Assembly: GCA_903872075.1 (NCBI GenBank)
Contig: CAIQJF010000004.1
Location: 94,307 to 158,306 of the forward strand
DNA length: 64,000 bases
Direction of reading: 5' to 3'
Source of the DNA: an uncultured Caulobacteraceae bacterium
GTDB lineage: Bacteria; Pseudomonadota; Alphaproteobacteria; Caulobacterales; Caulobacteraceae
Under the pieces are notes generated by a model. The model ran no database searches. It was given only the letters and a program-made list of their open reading frames with translations, and was not told the origin of the DNA. Positions 1 to 9,493 of this stretch are shown one piece after another (the first letter of the stretch is position 1; every line of letters begins with the position of its first letter). Made by a program: the position numbers and the translations under genes.

Positions 1-6
1 GACACG

Positions 7-411
7 ATGGCCGCCGGCCCCAAGGAACTGAACGAAGACCTGCTGCGCGCCCTGCCCGATACGGGGCCGGTGGTGATGATCAACCAGCTGAAGTTCAAGG
101 CGCGGTCGGACGACGGCGACGGCTCGGGCTGGGACGCCTACCAGCGCTACAGCAGGGGCGTCTCGCCCCTGATCAAGGCCCTGGGCGGAACGATCCTGTG
201 GGCCGGCGAGGTGGAGACCACCGCCTATGGCGATCCCGCCGCCAACCATTGGGACTACGCCGTCCTGGTCCGCTATCCCTCCCGCGCCGCCTTCCTGGAG
301 ATGGTGACCTCGGCGGCCTACGCCGCCGCCAACGTCCATCGCGACAATGGCGTGGCCGAACACCTGATCCTGGCCTCGCGGGAGACCTTCTCGAAGTTCC
401 CGCCCCCCTGA
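7..411 (+). CDS. DUF1330 family protein
   Basis: 134 aa; VMINQLKF...AYQRY...WDYAVLVRYPSRAAFLEM pattern typical of the DUF1330 dimeric alpha/beta barrel. Confidence 0.8.
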   Translation: MAAGPKELNEDLLRALPDTGPVVMINQLKFKARSDDGDGSGWDAYQRYSRGVSPLIKALGGTILWAGEVETTAYGDPAANHWDYAVLVRYPSRAAFLEMVTSAAYAAANVHRDNGVAEHLILASRETFSKFPPP

Positions 412-424
412 GCCCGACCGGGCT

Positions 425-715
425 TCAGGAATTCCCGTCGACGAGGATAAGCCGGCTGGTCGTGGTGGCGTGGCGAACGGCGAAAAGCGCCTGGCAGGTG
501 GGATCGGCAAGAAACGCCAGAGCATTGTCCCGCGCCGGAAATTCGATCACCACCACCCGCTCCGGCCGCCAGTCGCCCTCCATGACGGTCGGCTCGACGC
601 CCTGAACGATGTACTTCCCGCCATGCTTGGCGATGAAGGCGGGGATCTGCGCGATGTAAGGTCCGAAACTTGGCAAATCGTGAATCGCCAGGTCGAGGAT
701 CAGATAGGCTTTCAT
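425..715 (-). CDS. DUF1330 family protein
   Basis: Start trimmed to MKAYLILD (ATG 715); GGKYIV...EGDWRPERVVVIEFP motif. Confidence 0.85.
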   Translation of the reverse strand: MKAYLILDLAIHDLPSFGPYIAQIPAFIAKHGGKYIVQGVEPTVMEGDWRPERVVVIEFPARDNALAFLADPTCQALFAVRHATTTSRLILVDGNS

Positions 716-800
716 GAATCTAGCCCCCCATTGGCGCGGCCGACGAGCCATGGCCGGACGTCCGACTCAGTCGACTGGATGCTGGAAACTTGGTCTGTCA

Positions 801-1166
801 TCAGTCGCCCGCGTCATGCCCAAGGGTTCGGAGGATCGCCGCAAGTTGGGCGTCAAGACGTGGCAGATCGTCACTGATGGTCAGGATGACCCGCTCGTCG
901 AGGATATCGTCGTAAGTGTGCGCCAGGGCGTTGCGGAAACCCGCCACCAGGGTCGCCGGGAGGGCGTGGGCCTCGATGACCTCTTGGGGAATGTCGCGCA
1001 TCGCAGCGGCGAGGGCGATGAAGGCGCGCTCAATGGCGTACCGGACCAACGTGTCAGACCGCAATTCCTCCAAGACTCGCCCGTCCGCCCAGCCACCAAT
1101 CAAGGCAAGGTTTTCGCGTGCCGCTAGAACCGCCTGAACGGTCTTGGCCGGCCCCTCAGAAGACAT
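801..1166 (-). CDS. hepT: HEPN/DUF86 ribonuclease toxin (HepT-like)
   Basis: RNALAHTY = R-x4-H-x-Y HEPN RNase motif; overlaps the upstream nucleotidyltransferase gene. Confidence 0.85.
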   Translation of the reverse strand: MSSEGPAKTVQAVLAARENLALIGGWADGRVLEELRSDTLVRYAIERAFIALAAAMRDIPQEVIEAHALPATLVAGFRNALAHTYDDILDERVILTISDDLPRLDAQLAAILRTLGHDAGD

Positions 1167-1476
1167 CGACGAGCTGTGTCTCGGCCACGGCGCGCAGTCT
1201 CTTTCCCGGCTTCATGGCATCTGAGCGGACAACGAGATCGACATCCCGGCCCAGGATCCGCGTCAGGGCGAATTGAATGCCCCCCACATCGAAGGCGCTG
1301 AACAGGGGCTTACGGCCGGTCGGACCCTCATCGAGATCGACCATCAGGTCGACATCACTGCGCGCGTTCGCGGTGTGTCTGGCGACGGAGCCGAACAGGA
1401 AGATGCGCCGAACGCCCAGGCGCTCCAGCTCCTGGCGATGCGCCTTCAGGCGGTCGATGACCTCGGCGGGCTCCAT
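1156..1476 (-). CDS. mntA: Minimal nucleotidyltransferase antitoxin (MntA-like)
   Basis: LFGSVAR...SDVDL = GS-x10-DxD motif, 106 aa, directly upstream of the HEPN gene. Confidence 0.85.
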   Translation of the reverse strand: MEPAEVIDRLKAHRQELERLGVRRIFLFGSVARHTANARSDVDLMVDLDEGPTGRKPLFSAFDVGGIQFALTRILGRDVDLVVRSDAMKPGKRLRAVAETQLVDVF

Positions 1477-1559
1477 AGCGTCAATCTAGCGCGTTTGGCC
1501 CCGGCGGGTAAGGCACACGGAGAGAACGGGCCGCTGGGCGAGCCGCATGAAGTCGTCCT

Positions 1560-2990
1560 TCACCTGAACGGCGATCGATATCCGCCAGCGCCGGGCTCCA
1601 GGGCCGCCGCGGCGGCCAGGGTGGCGGCGTCGGCCCCGGGTGGGCCGATGATCTGGACCCCGACGGGCAGGCCCTCGGCGGTGAGGCCGGAGGGGATCAC
1701 GGTGGCCGGAAGGTCGCAGAGGGTGGCCAGGGCGATCCAGTCGAAGCCCTCAAGATAGCCCAGGCGCCGGCCGTCCGAGGCGGTCATCCGCCGCGCCGGC
1801 AGCAGGGGGCCGTGATCATGCGCGAAGGCCGCCGTGGGGAACACCGGCGCCAGGAGGATGTCGAAGCGGTCAAAGACTCCGGCCATCGCGGCCTGCAGCC
1901 GGGCCCGCGCTTCGCCGGCGGCCGATCGTTCAGCGGGGCGGGCCGTGTAGCCCAACACCCCGTGAGCCCAGGACAGCGGTCCCGCGCCGAGGGCCGCGGC
2001 CAGCCGGGCGGGTCCGCGCAGCGGCTTGAACAGCGCCCGGGCGACCGGCGGCAGATAGCCGCCGAGTACGGCCAGAAGCAGGGTCATGTAGGCCGCCATC
2101 ATCTCGCGGGCGGGGAGCGGCGAAGCTATGGTCTCGACGGTCGCGCCGTCCTTCCGGAGGCTTTCGGCGAGGCTGGCGATCACCGCGCGGACGGCAGGGT
2201 CGAGCGGGAATGACGGCTCGTCCAGCCAGACGCCGATGCGAAGATCGCGCGGGGTGACGGCGGGCTCCGCCGGAATGTCGGCCAGGACCGACAGCAACAG
2301 CTGCAGATCGCGCACCGACCGCGCCATGGGGCCGACCACGAGAAGATCGACATCGGCCTCAGAGTCCGCAGGCGGGACCAAGCCGCGCTGAGAGATCAGG
2401 CCCCAGCTCGGCCGGTGGCTGGCGACGCCGCAGAAGGCGGCGGGGATGCGCAGGGAGCCGCTGATGTCGGCGCCGATCTCCAGGGCGGTGAAGCCGGCGG
2501 CCAGAGCCGCGGCCGATCCGCCGGACGAACCGCCCGGGGTTCGCGCCGGGTCCCAAGGATTGCGGGTCACCCCGTAAAGCGGATTGAACGCCTGCCAGTC
2601 GCTGGAGCCCACCGGCACATTTGTGTGTCCCCAGACGATGGCCCCGGCGGCGCGGACGCTGGCCACCGCCGCGGCTTCCTGCGACACTCGCCCGAGCAAG
2701 GACCTCGTCCCCGCGCTGGCCGGCAGACCGGCGATATCGAAGATGTCCTTCACGGTCGTCGGCAGGCCGGCCAGCGGTCCGAGCCGCTCGCCGCGGGCCC
2801 GCGCCGCGTCCACGGCTCGCGCCTCGGCCATGGCCCGATCGACGTCGCGCGCGACCACGGCGTTGATGCGGGGGTTCAATCAATCGACGCGGTCAAGGAC
2901 CGCCGTCAGCAACTCGCGCGCGCTCACCCGCCCCGCGGCCAGGGCCGCGAGTTGATCGGTGGCGTCGCTGAGCAGGAGCTGGTCGATCAG
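1560..2990 (-). pseudogene. Amidase-signature family enzyme interrupted by an in-frame TGA at 2880-2882
   Basis: Frame continues upstream of the called ORF: CTG 2990 LIDQLLLSDATDQLAALAAGRVSARELLTAVLDRVD-TGA-LNPRINAVV; TVKD, GGSSGGS and GADISGSLR motifs present. Confidence 0.8.
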
Positions 2991-2999
2991 CCGTCTCTC

Positions 3000-3656
3000 T
3001 CAGCGCCGGGTGTAGGCGTCGTTGGGGCCGGCGATCCTGGCCAGGGTCACCCGCAACCCGCCCATGTCGGGGCGGGTCCAGATCATGTGGCCCTCGGAGT
3101 CGAGGCGCCGGGTCACCTTCAGGCCGGGGAGGGTCAGGGCGAGCCCGGGGATGAGCGCCGGGCGAAGGACGAAGACGCCGCGCTCATAGCTGGCGATCAC
3201 ATGGATCGGCGTTTTGTAGTCGCGGTAGGACACATCGTGATCGCCGTGTTTGAGCGTTCCGTCGGCGCGGGCGTCGCAGATCGTCCCGCCGCCCATGTCC
3301 TCGATGCGGTCGCCGCACTGCTCGATGCGCTCGACATAGTCGTAGATGCGATCTCCTGCAGGCGCGGGCCGGCCGCCCCGCTCCGCGCGCAGGGTCTTCC
3401 AGACCCCGCGCAGGTCGGGCGCGCCTTTCACCAGGGGCTCGGCGCAGGCGGCCAGCACCGGCGGCGGGAAGCTTCGGCCATATCCACCCGGCGGCGTGTG
3501 GGCGATCGGGATGTCGTCGGCGGTGAGACCCGCACCACGGGCGACGCCATGTCCCGCCGCGGCGCGGTCCGCCGTCGGTCCGGCGGGCTCGCAACCGCAG
3601 AGCAAAACCGACAGCAACAGAACGGCGAGGCCGCGGCCGGCCCCCAAAGGCGTCAT
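3000..3656 (-). CDS. Putative lipoprotein of unknown function
   Basis: Hydrophobic leader ending in lipobox-like LLCGC; GC3-rich codon usage; 9-14 bp gaps to neighbours. Confidence 0.65.
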   Translation of the reverse strand: MTPLGAGRGLAVLLLSVLLCGCEPAGPTADRAAAGHGVARGAGLTADDIPIAHTPPGGYGRSFPPPVLAACAEPLVKGAPDLRGVWKTLRAERGGRPAPAGDRIYDYVERIEQCGDRIEDMGGGTICDARADGTLKHGDHDVSYRDYKTPIHVIASYERGVFVLRPALIPGLALTLPGLKVTRRLDSEGHMIWTRPDMGGLRVTLARIAGPNDAYTRR

Positions 3657-3670
3657 GGCGTTTTGCTCCG

Positions 3671-4534
3671 CTATGCCGCCAGCGCCGCTTCAGCGACCGG
3701 ATCTCCGGCGATGCGGCTGTGCCACATGACGCGGGGCAGGGTCATATCCCAGGGCAGGGCGCGGTGGAGGAGACAGCGGTTGTCCCAGACCACCACGTCG
3801 CCGGCGGTCCAGGCGTGCTGATAGACGCGCGGCGGGCGGCAGGCGAACGCGGTGAGGTCGTCCAGCAGGCGCTCGGACTCCGCCGGCGAGAGGCCGGGAA
3901 TGGCGTGGGCGTGACGGCCGATGAGCAGGGACTTGCGGCCGGTCTCGGGATGGACCTTGACCAGGGGCCTTAAGGGGACCGGGCCGTCGTGGAAGCCGTA
4001 GCCGCTGTAGTCGCCCTTCCCGGTCTTGGGGTCGTGACCAAGCTTGGCCTGGCTGTAGTAGAGCGAGTGATGGGCGCTCAGGCCCGCTATCCGCGCCTGA
4101 GTGGCGGGGTCGAGCGCGTCATAGGCGGCGCGCATATCGGCCCAGCCGGTCTCGCCGCCGGCGGGCGGGACGACCTCGGCGGAGAACACCGCCCCCTTGG
4201 CCTGGACGGGCATGTAGGTGCTGTCGGCGTGCCAGCCCATGTTGCCCTTGAGCACCTTGATCACATCGTCATTGCCCTCGGCCGGGCGGACCGAGCCGTC
4301 GGAGCGCACGTTGCTGATCGCGGCGAGATCGAACTCCATGGCTCCGAAGCGCTTGGCGAAGGCAATCTGGTCGGCGCGACTGAGATGCTGGCCCGGAAAC
4401 ACCAGCAGGGCGTGCTCCAGCCAGGCGCTGTAGAGCGCGCCCCAGGTCGCCGCGTCCAGATCGGCGAGGCGAAGGCCGGTGACCCTGGCGCCGAAACAGG
4501 CGTCGAGCGGCTCGAGGTCGAACAGGCGCGCCAT
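3671..4534 (-). CDS. TauD/TfdA family Fe(II)/2-oxoglutarate dioxygenase
   Basis: WHADSTY (HxD), GGETGWADM and WDNRCLLHRA motifs. Confidence 0.9.
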   Translation of the reverse strand: MARLFDLEPLDACFGARVTGLRLADLDAATWGALYSAWLEHALLVFPGQHLSRADQIAFAKRFGAMEFDLAAISNVRSDGSVRPAEGNDDVIKVLKGNMGWHADSTYMPVQAKGAVFSAEVVPPAGGETGWADMRAAYDALDPATQARIAGLSAHHSLYYSQAKLGHDPKTGKGDYSGYGFHDGPVPLRPLVKVHPETGRKSLLIGRHAHAIPGLSPAESERLLDDLTAFACRPPRVYQHAWTAGDVVVWDNRCLLHRALPWDMTLPRVMWHSRIAGDPVAEAALAA

Positions 4535-4569
4535 GGGGATCGCTCCCTTCCCTTATGTTTTGCCGGAGC

Positions 4570-6078
4570 CTAACCCGCCGCGGGGGCCGGCGTAAGCTTC
4601 TTGGCCGAGAAGGGTCCGAACGGCGTCATCAGGAACAGGCCGGTCACGGACCCGTCGGCGCCGCGCTGGAACACACCGGTCACCCCGATCGCGGCGATGA
4701 AGAAGGCGTTGTCGGAACTCGAGCGCGCCTCCACCGGGGCCGGGGCCAGGACGGGCAGGGTCACGAACAGGGCGCCGCCGGTGACGGTCACGGCCACACG
4801 GCCGAAGCCGGCGACCTCATAGGTTCCCGCGTCCGCGGCCAGGACGTCGGGGCGGACGGCGACCGGCGTCACCTCCATCTGCCGATAGGCGGGCCAGCCA
4901 TAGGCCTTGGCCACCGCCCGCTCGATCTCGGAGATCAGGCTCGATCCGCTGTCGCTGTTGGTCATGATGGCGACGCCCTGCCGCGTTCCGCCGGTGAAGG
5001 CGACGAAGTCGTTACGGAAGCCCTCATTGGCGCCGCCGTGGCCGAAGCGGGCGGCGCCATCGGTCATGACGTTCAGTCCCAGGCCCCAGGCGCCCTTGCC
5101 GGGGGTGAGCATGGTCCGGGCCATGTCCGGCGACAGGACGTTGTGCGAGGTCCCGGCCGCTTCGTTCTGCAGCTCGATGGCGAAGCGGGCGATGTCGGAA
5201 GGTGTGGTCCACAGGCCGGCGGCGGCCTGTTCGGGATAGACGTTCCAGCCGCCGAGCACCGGCTTGCCGCTCGCCCGGTAGCCGAGGGTCGCGCGGCCCT
5301 GCAGGGCTTCCGGCAGGGGCTGCTCATAGGTCGAGGCCTTCAGCCCGGCCGGATCGAGGACGGTCGCTTTCAGGATCGCGGCGAACGGCTGGCCGGTAGT
5401 CTCTTCCATCAACAGCTGGGCCGCGGTGTAGCCGCCGCCGGAATAGTCGAACTGGGCGCCGGGAACGTGGATCGAGACCACCGCGGGGCTGTTGGCCGGC
5501 TTCTGGCCGCTGAGCACCTGCGGCAGGGTCGCGCGGGGCGCGGTGCGATTGTAACCGACGAAGCCGTGCACGCTCAGGCCGGCGGTGTGGCTGAGCAGGC
5601 GGCGCAGGGTGACCTTCTCGGTGGCGGTCATCGGCCCGGCCGGGACCTGCCAGCCTTTCAGCCGCGTGTTGACGTCCTGATCGAGGTCGAGCCTGCCATC
5701 CTGAACCAGGCGCAGGGCGGCCATGGCGGCGAGGGGTTTGCTGATCGAGCCGGCCTGGAACAGGGTGTCCGGCGTCACCTGCGTCCCGCGCTCCACATCG
5801 GCCCGGCCGTAGGCGCGGGTCCAGACGATCCGGCCGTTCTCGAAGAAGGCGATGCTGACGCCGGGCACATGCAGGGCGGTCATGCGATCGGCGAGGGTCA
5901 GGACCGGCGCCGGCTCGCCCTTGACCAGGATCGCGGGCAGCAGCCCGGTCTCGATGGCCTTGATCTTCGCCGCATCGTCGGCCGACACCGCAGGTCCGGG
6001 GGCGGGCGCGGCGTGGGCCGGCGCGGTCAGGCTGAACAGCAAGGCCGCCCCGATCAGGGCCCGCGTGAACTGTCTCAT
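4570..6078 (-). CDS. Secreted serine hydrolase (beta-lactamase/AmpC-like fold) with C-terminal extension
   Basis: Signal peptide; FQAGSISK (SxxK), LLSHTAGL, YSGGGY and HGGANEGF motifs. Confidence 0.9.
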   Translation of the reverse strand: MRQFTRALIGAALLFSLTAPAHAAPAPGPAVSADDAAKIKAIETGLLPAILVKGEPAPVLTLADRMTALHVPGVSIAFFENGRIVWTRAYGRADVERGTQVTPDTLFQAGSISKPLAAMAALRLVQDGRLDLDQDVNTRLKGWQVPAGPMTATEKVTLRRLLSHTAGLSVHGFVGYNRTAPRATLPQVLSGQKPANSPAVVSIHVPGAQFDYSGGGYTAAQLLMEETTGQPFAAILKATVLDPAGLKASTYEQPLPEALQGRATLGYRASGKPVLGGWNVYPEQAAAGLWTTPSDIARFAIELQNEAAGTSHNVLSPDMARTMLTPGKGAWGLGLNVMTDGAARFGHGGANEGFRNDFVAFTGGTRQGVAIMTNSDSGSSLISEIERAVAKAYGWPAYRQMEVTPVAVRPDVLAADAGTYEVAGFGRVAVTVTGGALFVTLPVLAPAPVEARSSSDNAFFIAAIGVTGVFQRGADGSVTGLFLMTPFGPFSAKKLTPAPAAG

Positions 6079-6149
6079 CCGTCATCCTCCCCAACGGCGC
6101 CGCACTGCACAACTTGTGAACAGACGCCCCCTGCCCTATTCCAGCGGCC

Positions 6150-7361
6150 ATGTCCCCCAAGGCCGAGCCTTCCTCGTCCCGGCGCTCCGCCTGGGCACTC
6201 TACACCCTGTTGTCGGTGACCTTCATCAACATCCTGGGGTTCGGGATCGTCGTGCCGCTGCTGCCGTTCTACGGCGCCTCGTTCCACGCCCAGCCCTGGC
6301 AGATGGGCCTCATCTTCTCGGCCTACCCCATCGGCTCCTTCTTCGGCGAGCCGTTCTGGGGGCGGCTGTCGGACCGCATCGGTCGCAAGCCGATCCTGGT
6401 CTTCACCACCCTGGCCAACTGCCTGTGCTACGGCGCCCTGGCCTTCGCCCCGAACATCTGGTTCGCCTTCTTCATTCGCCTGGCCGGTGGCCTGGGGGCC
6501 GGCAACGGCTCGGTGGTGCAGGGCTATATCGCCGACGTCACCGCCCCGGAGGACCGGGCCAGCCGCATGGCCACCCTGGGCGCGGCCTATAATATCGGCT
6601 TCATCCTGGGCCCGGTGGCGGGCGGCTTCCTGGCCAAGCCTTCGGCCGGGACCCTGGGATTTCAGATCCCGCTGCTGGCCGCCTCGGTGCTGGCCGCCTG
6701 TTCGGCGGCGGGCATCGCCCTGATCGTCAAGGAGACCCGCAAGGTGCGCGAGGTGGACCCCAATCCGCCGTCGCGCTGGGCGATGATCTCCTATGCGGTG
6801 AACCATCCGGTGATCGGGCGGCTGATGCTGCTGACCTTCGTGGTCGGCTTCGCTTTCAACGGCATCGAGTCGGTGTTCGGCCTGTGGGCGCAGCATCGCT
6901 ATCACTGGCAACCGAGGGACGTGGGCCTGTGCTTCGGCATCGCCGGGCTGATCTCCTCGCCGACCCAGTTCCTTTTGACCGGGGCCCTGTCCCGCAAGTT
7001 CGGCGAGGCGCGGATGCTGGCGGTGGGAATGGTGGGGACGGCGATCGCCATGGGGCTGCAGCCGTTCGGCGACGGGGGCTGGACCACCTACGCCTGCATG
7101 GCCATGACCGCGCTCTGCTCGTCCGTGGCCTTCCCCAACGCCGGGGCGCTGATGTCGCGCAGCATCGATGAGAACCACCAGGGTCAGATCATGGGCCTGA
7201 ACAACGCCACCGGCGCCTTCGCCCGGGTGGCCGGGCCGCAGGTGGCTAATCTGATGTTCGCCCTGGTGAGCGTGGATGGGCCCTATTTCCTGGGGGCGCT
7301 GATCGTGGCGCCGGCGATCCTGCTGGCCCTGGCGGCCGGGCGGGCGGCGGCAAGGGTTTAG
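6150..7361 (+). CDS. MFS transporter (TetA/DHA1-like)
   Basis: About 12 hydrophobic segments; GRLSDRIGRKP motif A. Confidence 0.9.
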   Translation: MSPKAEPSSSRRSAWALYTLLSVTFINILGFGIVVPLLPFYGASFHAQPWQMGLIFSAYPIGSFFGEPFWGRLSDRIGRKPILVFTTLANCLCYGALAFAPNIWFAFFIRLAGGLGAGNGSVVQGYIADVTAPEDRASRMATLGAAYNIGFILGPVAGGFLAKPSAGTLGFQIPLLAASVLAACSAAGIALIVKETRKVREVDPNPPSRWAMISYAVNHPVIGRLMLLTFVVGFAFNGIESVFGLWAQHRYHWQPRDVGLCFGIAGLISSPTQFLLTGALSRKFGEARMLAVGMVGTAIAMGLQPFGDGGWTTYACMAMTALCSSVAFPNAGALMSRSIDENHQGQIMGLNNATGAFARVAGPQVANLMFALVSVDGPYFLGALIVAPAILLALAAGRAAARV

Positions 7362-7379
7362 GCAGGAGGGGCGTGGCTT

Positions 7380-7484
7380 GCGCCCCCTCCGGCGCTTCGC
7401 GCCACCTCCCCCGCTTCGCAGGGGAGGAGAACATTCCTCCTCCCCCGTAAAACGGGGGAGGTCCCCGAAGGGGGGAGGGGGCGC
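7380..7484. repeat. REP-like palindromic element, two units in inverted orientation
   Basis: Bounded by GCGCCCCCTCC/GGAGGGGGCGC; each unit has a small hairpin plus a CTCCCCCG-loop-GGGGAGGAG hairpin. Confidence 0.85.
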
Positions 7485-7541
7485 TCGGACATCCACCCGG
7501 CCCAGCCCATTGATCGGCGCGGCGCTTCCGGCCTAGTGTTT

Positions 7542-7555
7542 TAGAACACGTTCTC
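7542..7555. promoter_or_regulatory. Dyad TAGAAC-AC-GTTCTC, putative TetR-family operator
   Basis: AGAAC/GTTCT inverted repeat in the AT-rich stretch about 50 bp upstream of the acyl-CoA synthetase start. Confidence 0.4.
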
Positions 7556-7601
7556 ATTTTTGGTGAGGACCAACGACACCGGGAAACACCAGGAGCGATC
7601 C

Positions 7602-9281
7602 ATGCCTTCGCGCGCCGAGATCATCGCGGGCCTGACGGCCGCGGGCCCGTTTGAACTGGCCACCGACCATTCCGCCGGCCATCCGCTGCGCGTCTATCGC
7701 CACGCCCCGGCCTCGTTCCGGCATGTCTTCGAAGGCACGCGCGGCCACGGGGAGAAGACCTTCGCCATCTATGGCGATGAGACCCTCAGCTACGACGGCC
7801 ACTACGCCCAGGTGGCGGCCCTGGCCCATCACCTGATCGAGCGCGGCGTGAAGAAGGGCGACCGGGTCGCCATCGGCATGCGCAACTACCCGGAGTGGAG
7901 CGTCAGCTTCTGGGCCTGCCAGTCGATCGGCGCGATCGTGGTGGCGCTGAACGCCTGGTGGACGACCACCGAACTCACCTACGCCCTGGACGATTCCGCC
8001 CCCGCCGCCCTGCTGATTGACGGCGAGCGGCTGGAGCGGCTACGCGGCCTGTTGAACCGCCAGGGTCTGAAGACCGTGGTGGTGGTGCGCCGCGGCGAGG
8101 CGGGCGAGGGCGGCGTGGACTTCGCCGAGGTCGTGGCCGGGCCGCCGCGCGAGCTGCCCGCAGCGGACGTGGGGCCGAACGACCTGGCGACGATCCTCTA
8201 CACCTCCGGCACCACGGGCAATCCGAAGGGGGCCATGGCCACCCATCGCAACCATGTGACCAATCTGATGAACACCCTGCTGGCCGGGGCGGTGGCGCGG
8301 GAGCTGGCCGGGCTGCCGGCCGAGGCCGATCCCAATGCGCCGCAGAGCGGGGTGCTGCAGACCTTCCCCTTCTTCCACATCGGCGGGCTGACCGGGCTCT
8401 ACCTCAGCGTCGCCACCGGGGCGAAGGTGGCGATGATGTACAAATGGGTCCCGCCGGAAGCGGTGAAGCTGATCCAGCAGCATGGGCTGTCCAGCGTCTC
8501 GGGCGTGCCGATCGTGGTGCGCCAGCTGCTGGAGACCGCCCACGCCATGGGCGAGGACATGAGTTCGCTGGTCGGGGTGACCTCCGGCGGGGCGCCGGTG
8601 CCGCCCGACCTGATCCGGCGGATCGGCGATCAGTTCCAGGCCAAGGCCGCGCCCGGCAACGGCTATGGCCTGACTGAGACCACCAGCGCCGTCATCACCA
8701 ACGGCGGCGCCGACTATCTGGCCCGCCCGGACAGCATCGGCCGGGCGGTGGTCACCGCCGATGTGCGCATCGTCGACGACAATGGCGTGGACGTCGCCCA
8801 GGGCCAGATCGGCGAGCTTTGGATCCGCGGATCCAACGTCATCCCCGGCTACTGGAACAATCCCGAGGCCACCGAGGCGGCCTTCGGCGGCGGCTGGTTC
8901 CGCACCGGCGATCTCGGCTACGTCGATACGGAGGGCTTCCACTTCGTGGTCGACCGCAAGAAGGACGTGATCATCCGCGGCGGCGAGAACGTCTATTGCG
9001 CCGAAGTGGAGGCCGCCCTGCTGGAGCATCCCAAGGTCCGCGACGTGGGCCTGATCGGCCTGCCGCATCCCGAGCTCGGCGAGGAGGTGGCGGCGGTGAT
9101 CCAGGTCGATGCGGCCAACGACACACCCGGCACGGCCGATGAGCTGCGCGCGGCGCTGGCCGAGAAGCTGGCGCGGTTCAAGATCCCGACGTCGATCCGG
9201 TTGACGACCGGGGAGTTGCCGCGGACGGCGACGGGGAAATTGCTGAAGCGGGAGCTTAGGAGCGGGTATTTTACGGCTTAG
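7602..9281 (+). CDS. Long-chain acyl-CoA synthetase (AMP-binding)
   Basis: ATG 7602 after AGGAG; YTSGTTGNPKG, GYGLTET and FRTGDLG motifs. Confidence 0.9.
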   Translation: MPSRAEIIAGLTAAGPFELATDHSAGHPLRVYRHAPASFRHVFEGTRGHGEKTFAIYGDETLSYDGHYAQVAALAHHLIERGVKKGDRVAIGMRNYPEWSVSFWACQSIGAIVVALNAWWTTTELTYALDDSAPAALLIDGERLERLRGLLNRQGLKTVVVVRRGEAGEGGVDFAEVVAGPPRELPAADVGPNDLATILYTSGTTGNPKGAMATHRNHVTNLMNTLLAGAVARELAGLPAEADPNAPQSGVLQTFPFFHIGGLTGLYLSVATGAKVAMMYKWVPPEAVKLIQQHGLSSVSGVPIVVRQLLETAHAMGEDMSSLVGVTSGGAPVPPDLIRRIGDQFQAKAAPGNGYGLTETTSAVITNGGADYLARPDSIGRAVVTADVRIVDDNGVDVAQGQIGELWIRGSNVIPGYWNNPEATEAAFGGGWFRTGDLGYVDTEGFHFVVDRKKDVIIRGGENVYCAEVEAALLEHPKVRDVGLIGLPHPELGEEVAAVIQVDAANDTPGTADELRAALAEKLARFKIPTSIRLTTGELPRTATGKLLKRELRSGYFTA

Positions 9282-9299
9282 GCGCCCGGCGCGTCCCTA

Positions 9300-9409
9300 G
9301 CGCCCCCTCCACCACCTTCGGTGGTCCCCCTCCCCCGTTTGACGGGGGAGGAGATCATTCCTCCTCCCCTGCGTTGGGGGGGTGGTGGCGCGAAGCGCCG
9401 GCGGGGGCG
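9300..9409. repeat. REP-like palindromic element, two inverted units
   Basis: Same architecture as 7380-7484 with hairpin ACCACC-TTC-GGTGGT. Confidence 0.85.
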
Positions 9410-9493
9410 TCTCCTCCCCTTCCCTCATCTTATATCGCGTTATAGAGTTCGCTTCGGCCACGCGGGCGGCGATCCCCGGGCCGGGAGGATGCG

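Noticed and set aside
717-1490. AATCTAGC at 717-724 and 1483-1490 as a target-site duplication around the HEPN/MNT pair
   Set aside because: Both copies lie just upstream of minus-strand start codons and read GCTAGATT, which fits a -10 element better; an 8-mer match is weak evidence
2880-2882. TGA as selenocysteine or programmed recoding
   Set aside because: The paralog has Arg, not Cys, at this non-catalytic position; no obvious SECIS hairpin; all other genes use TGA as stop
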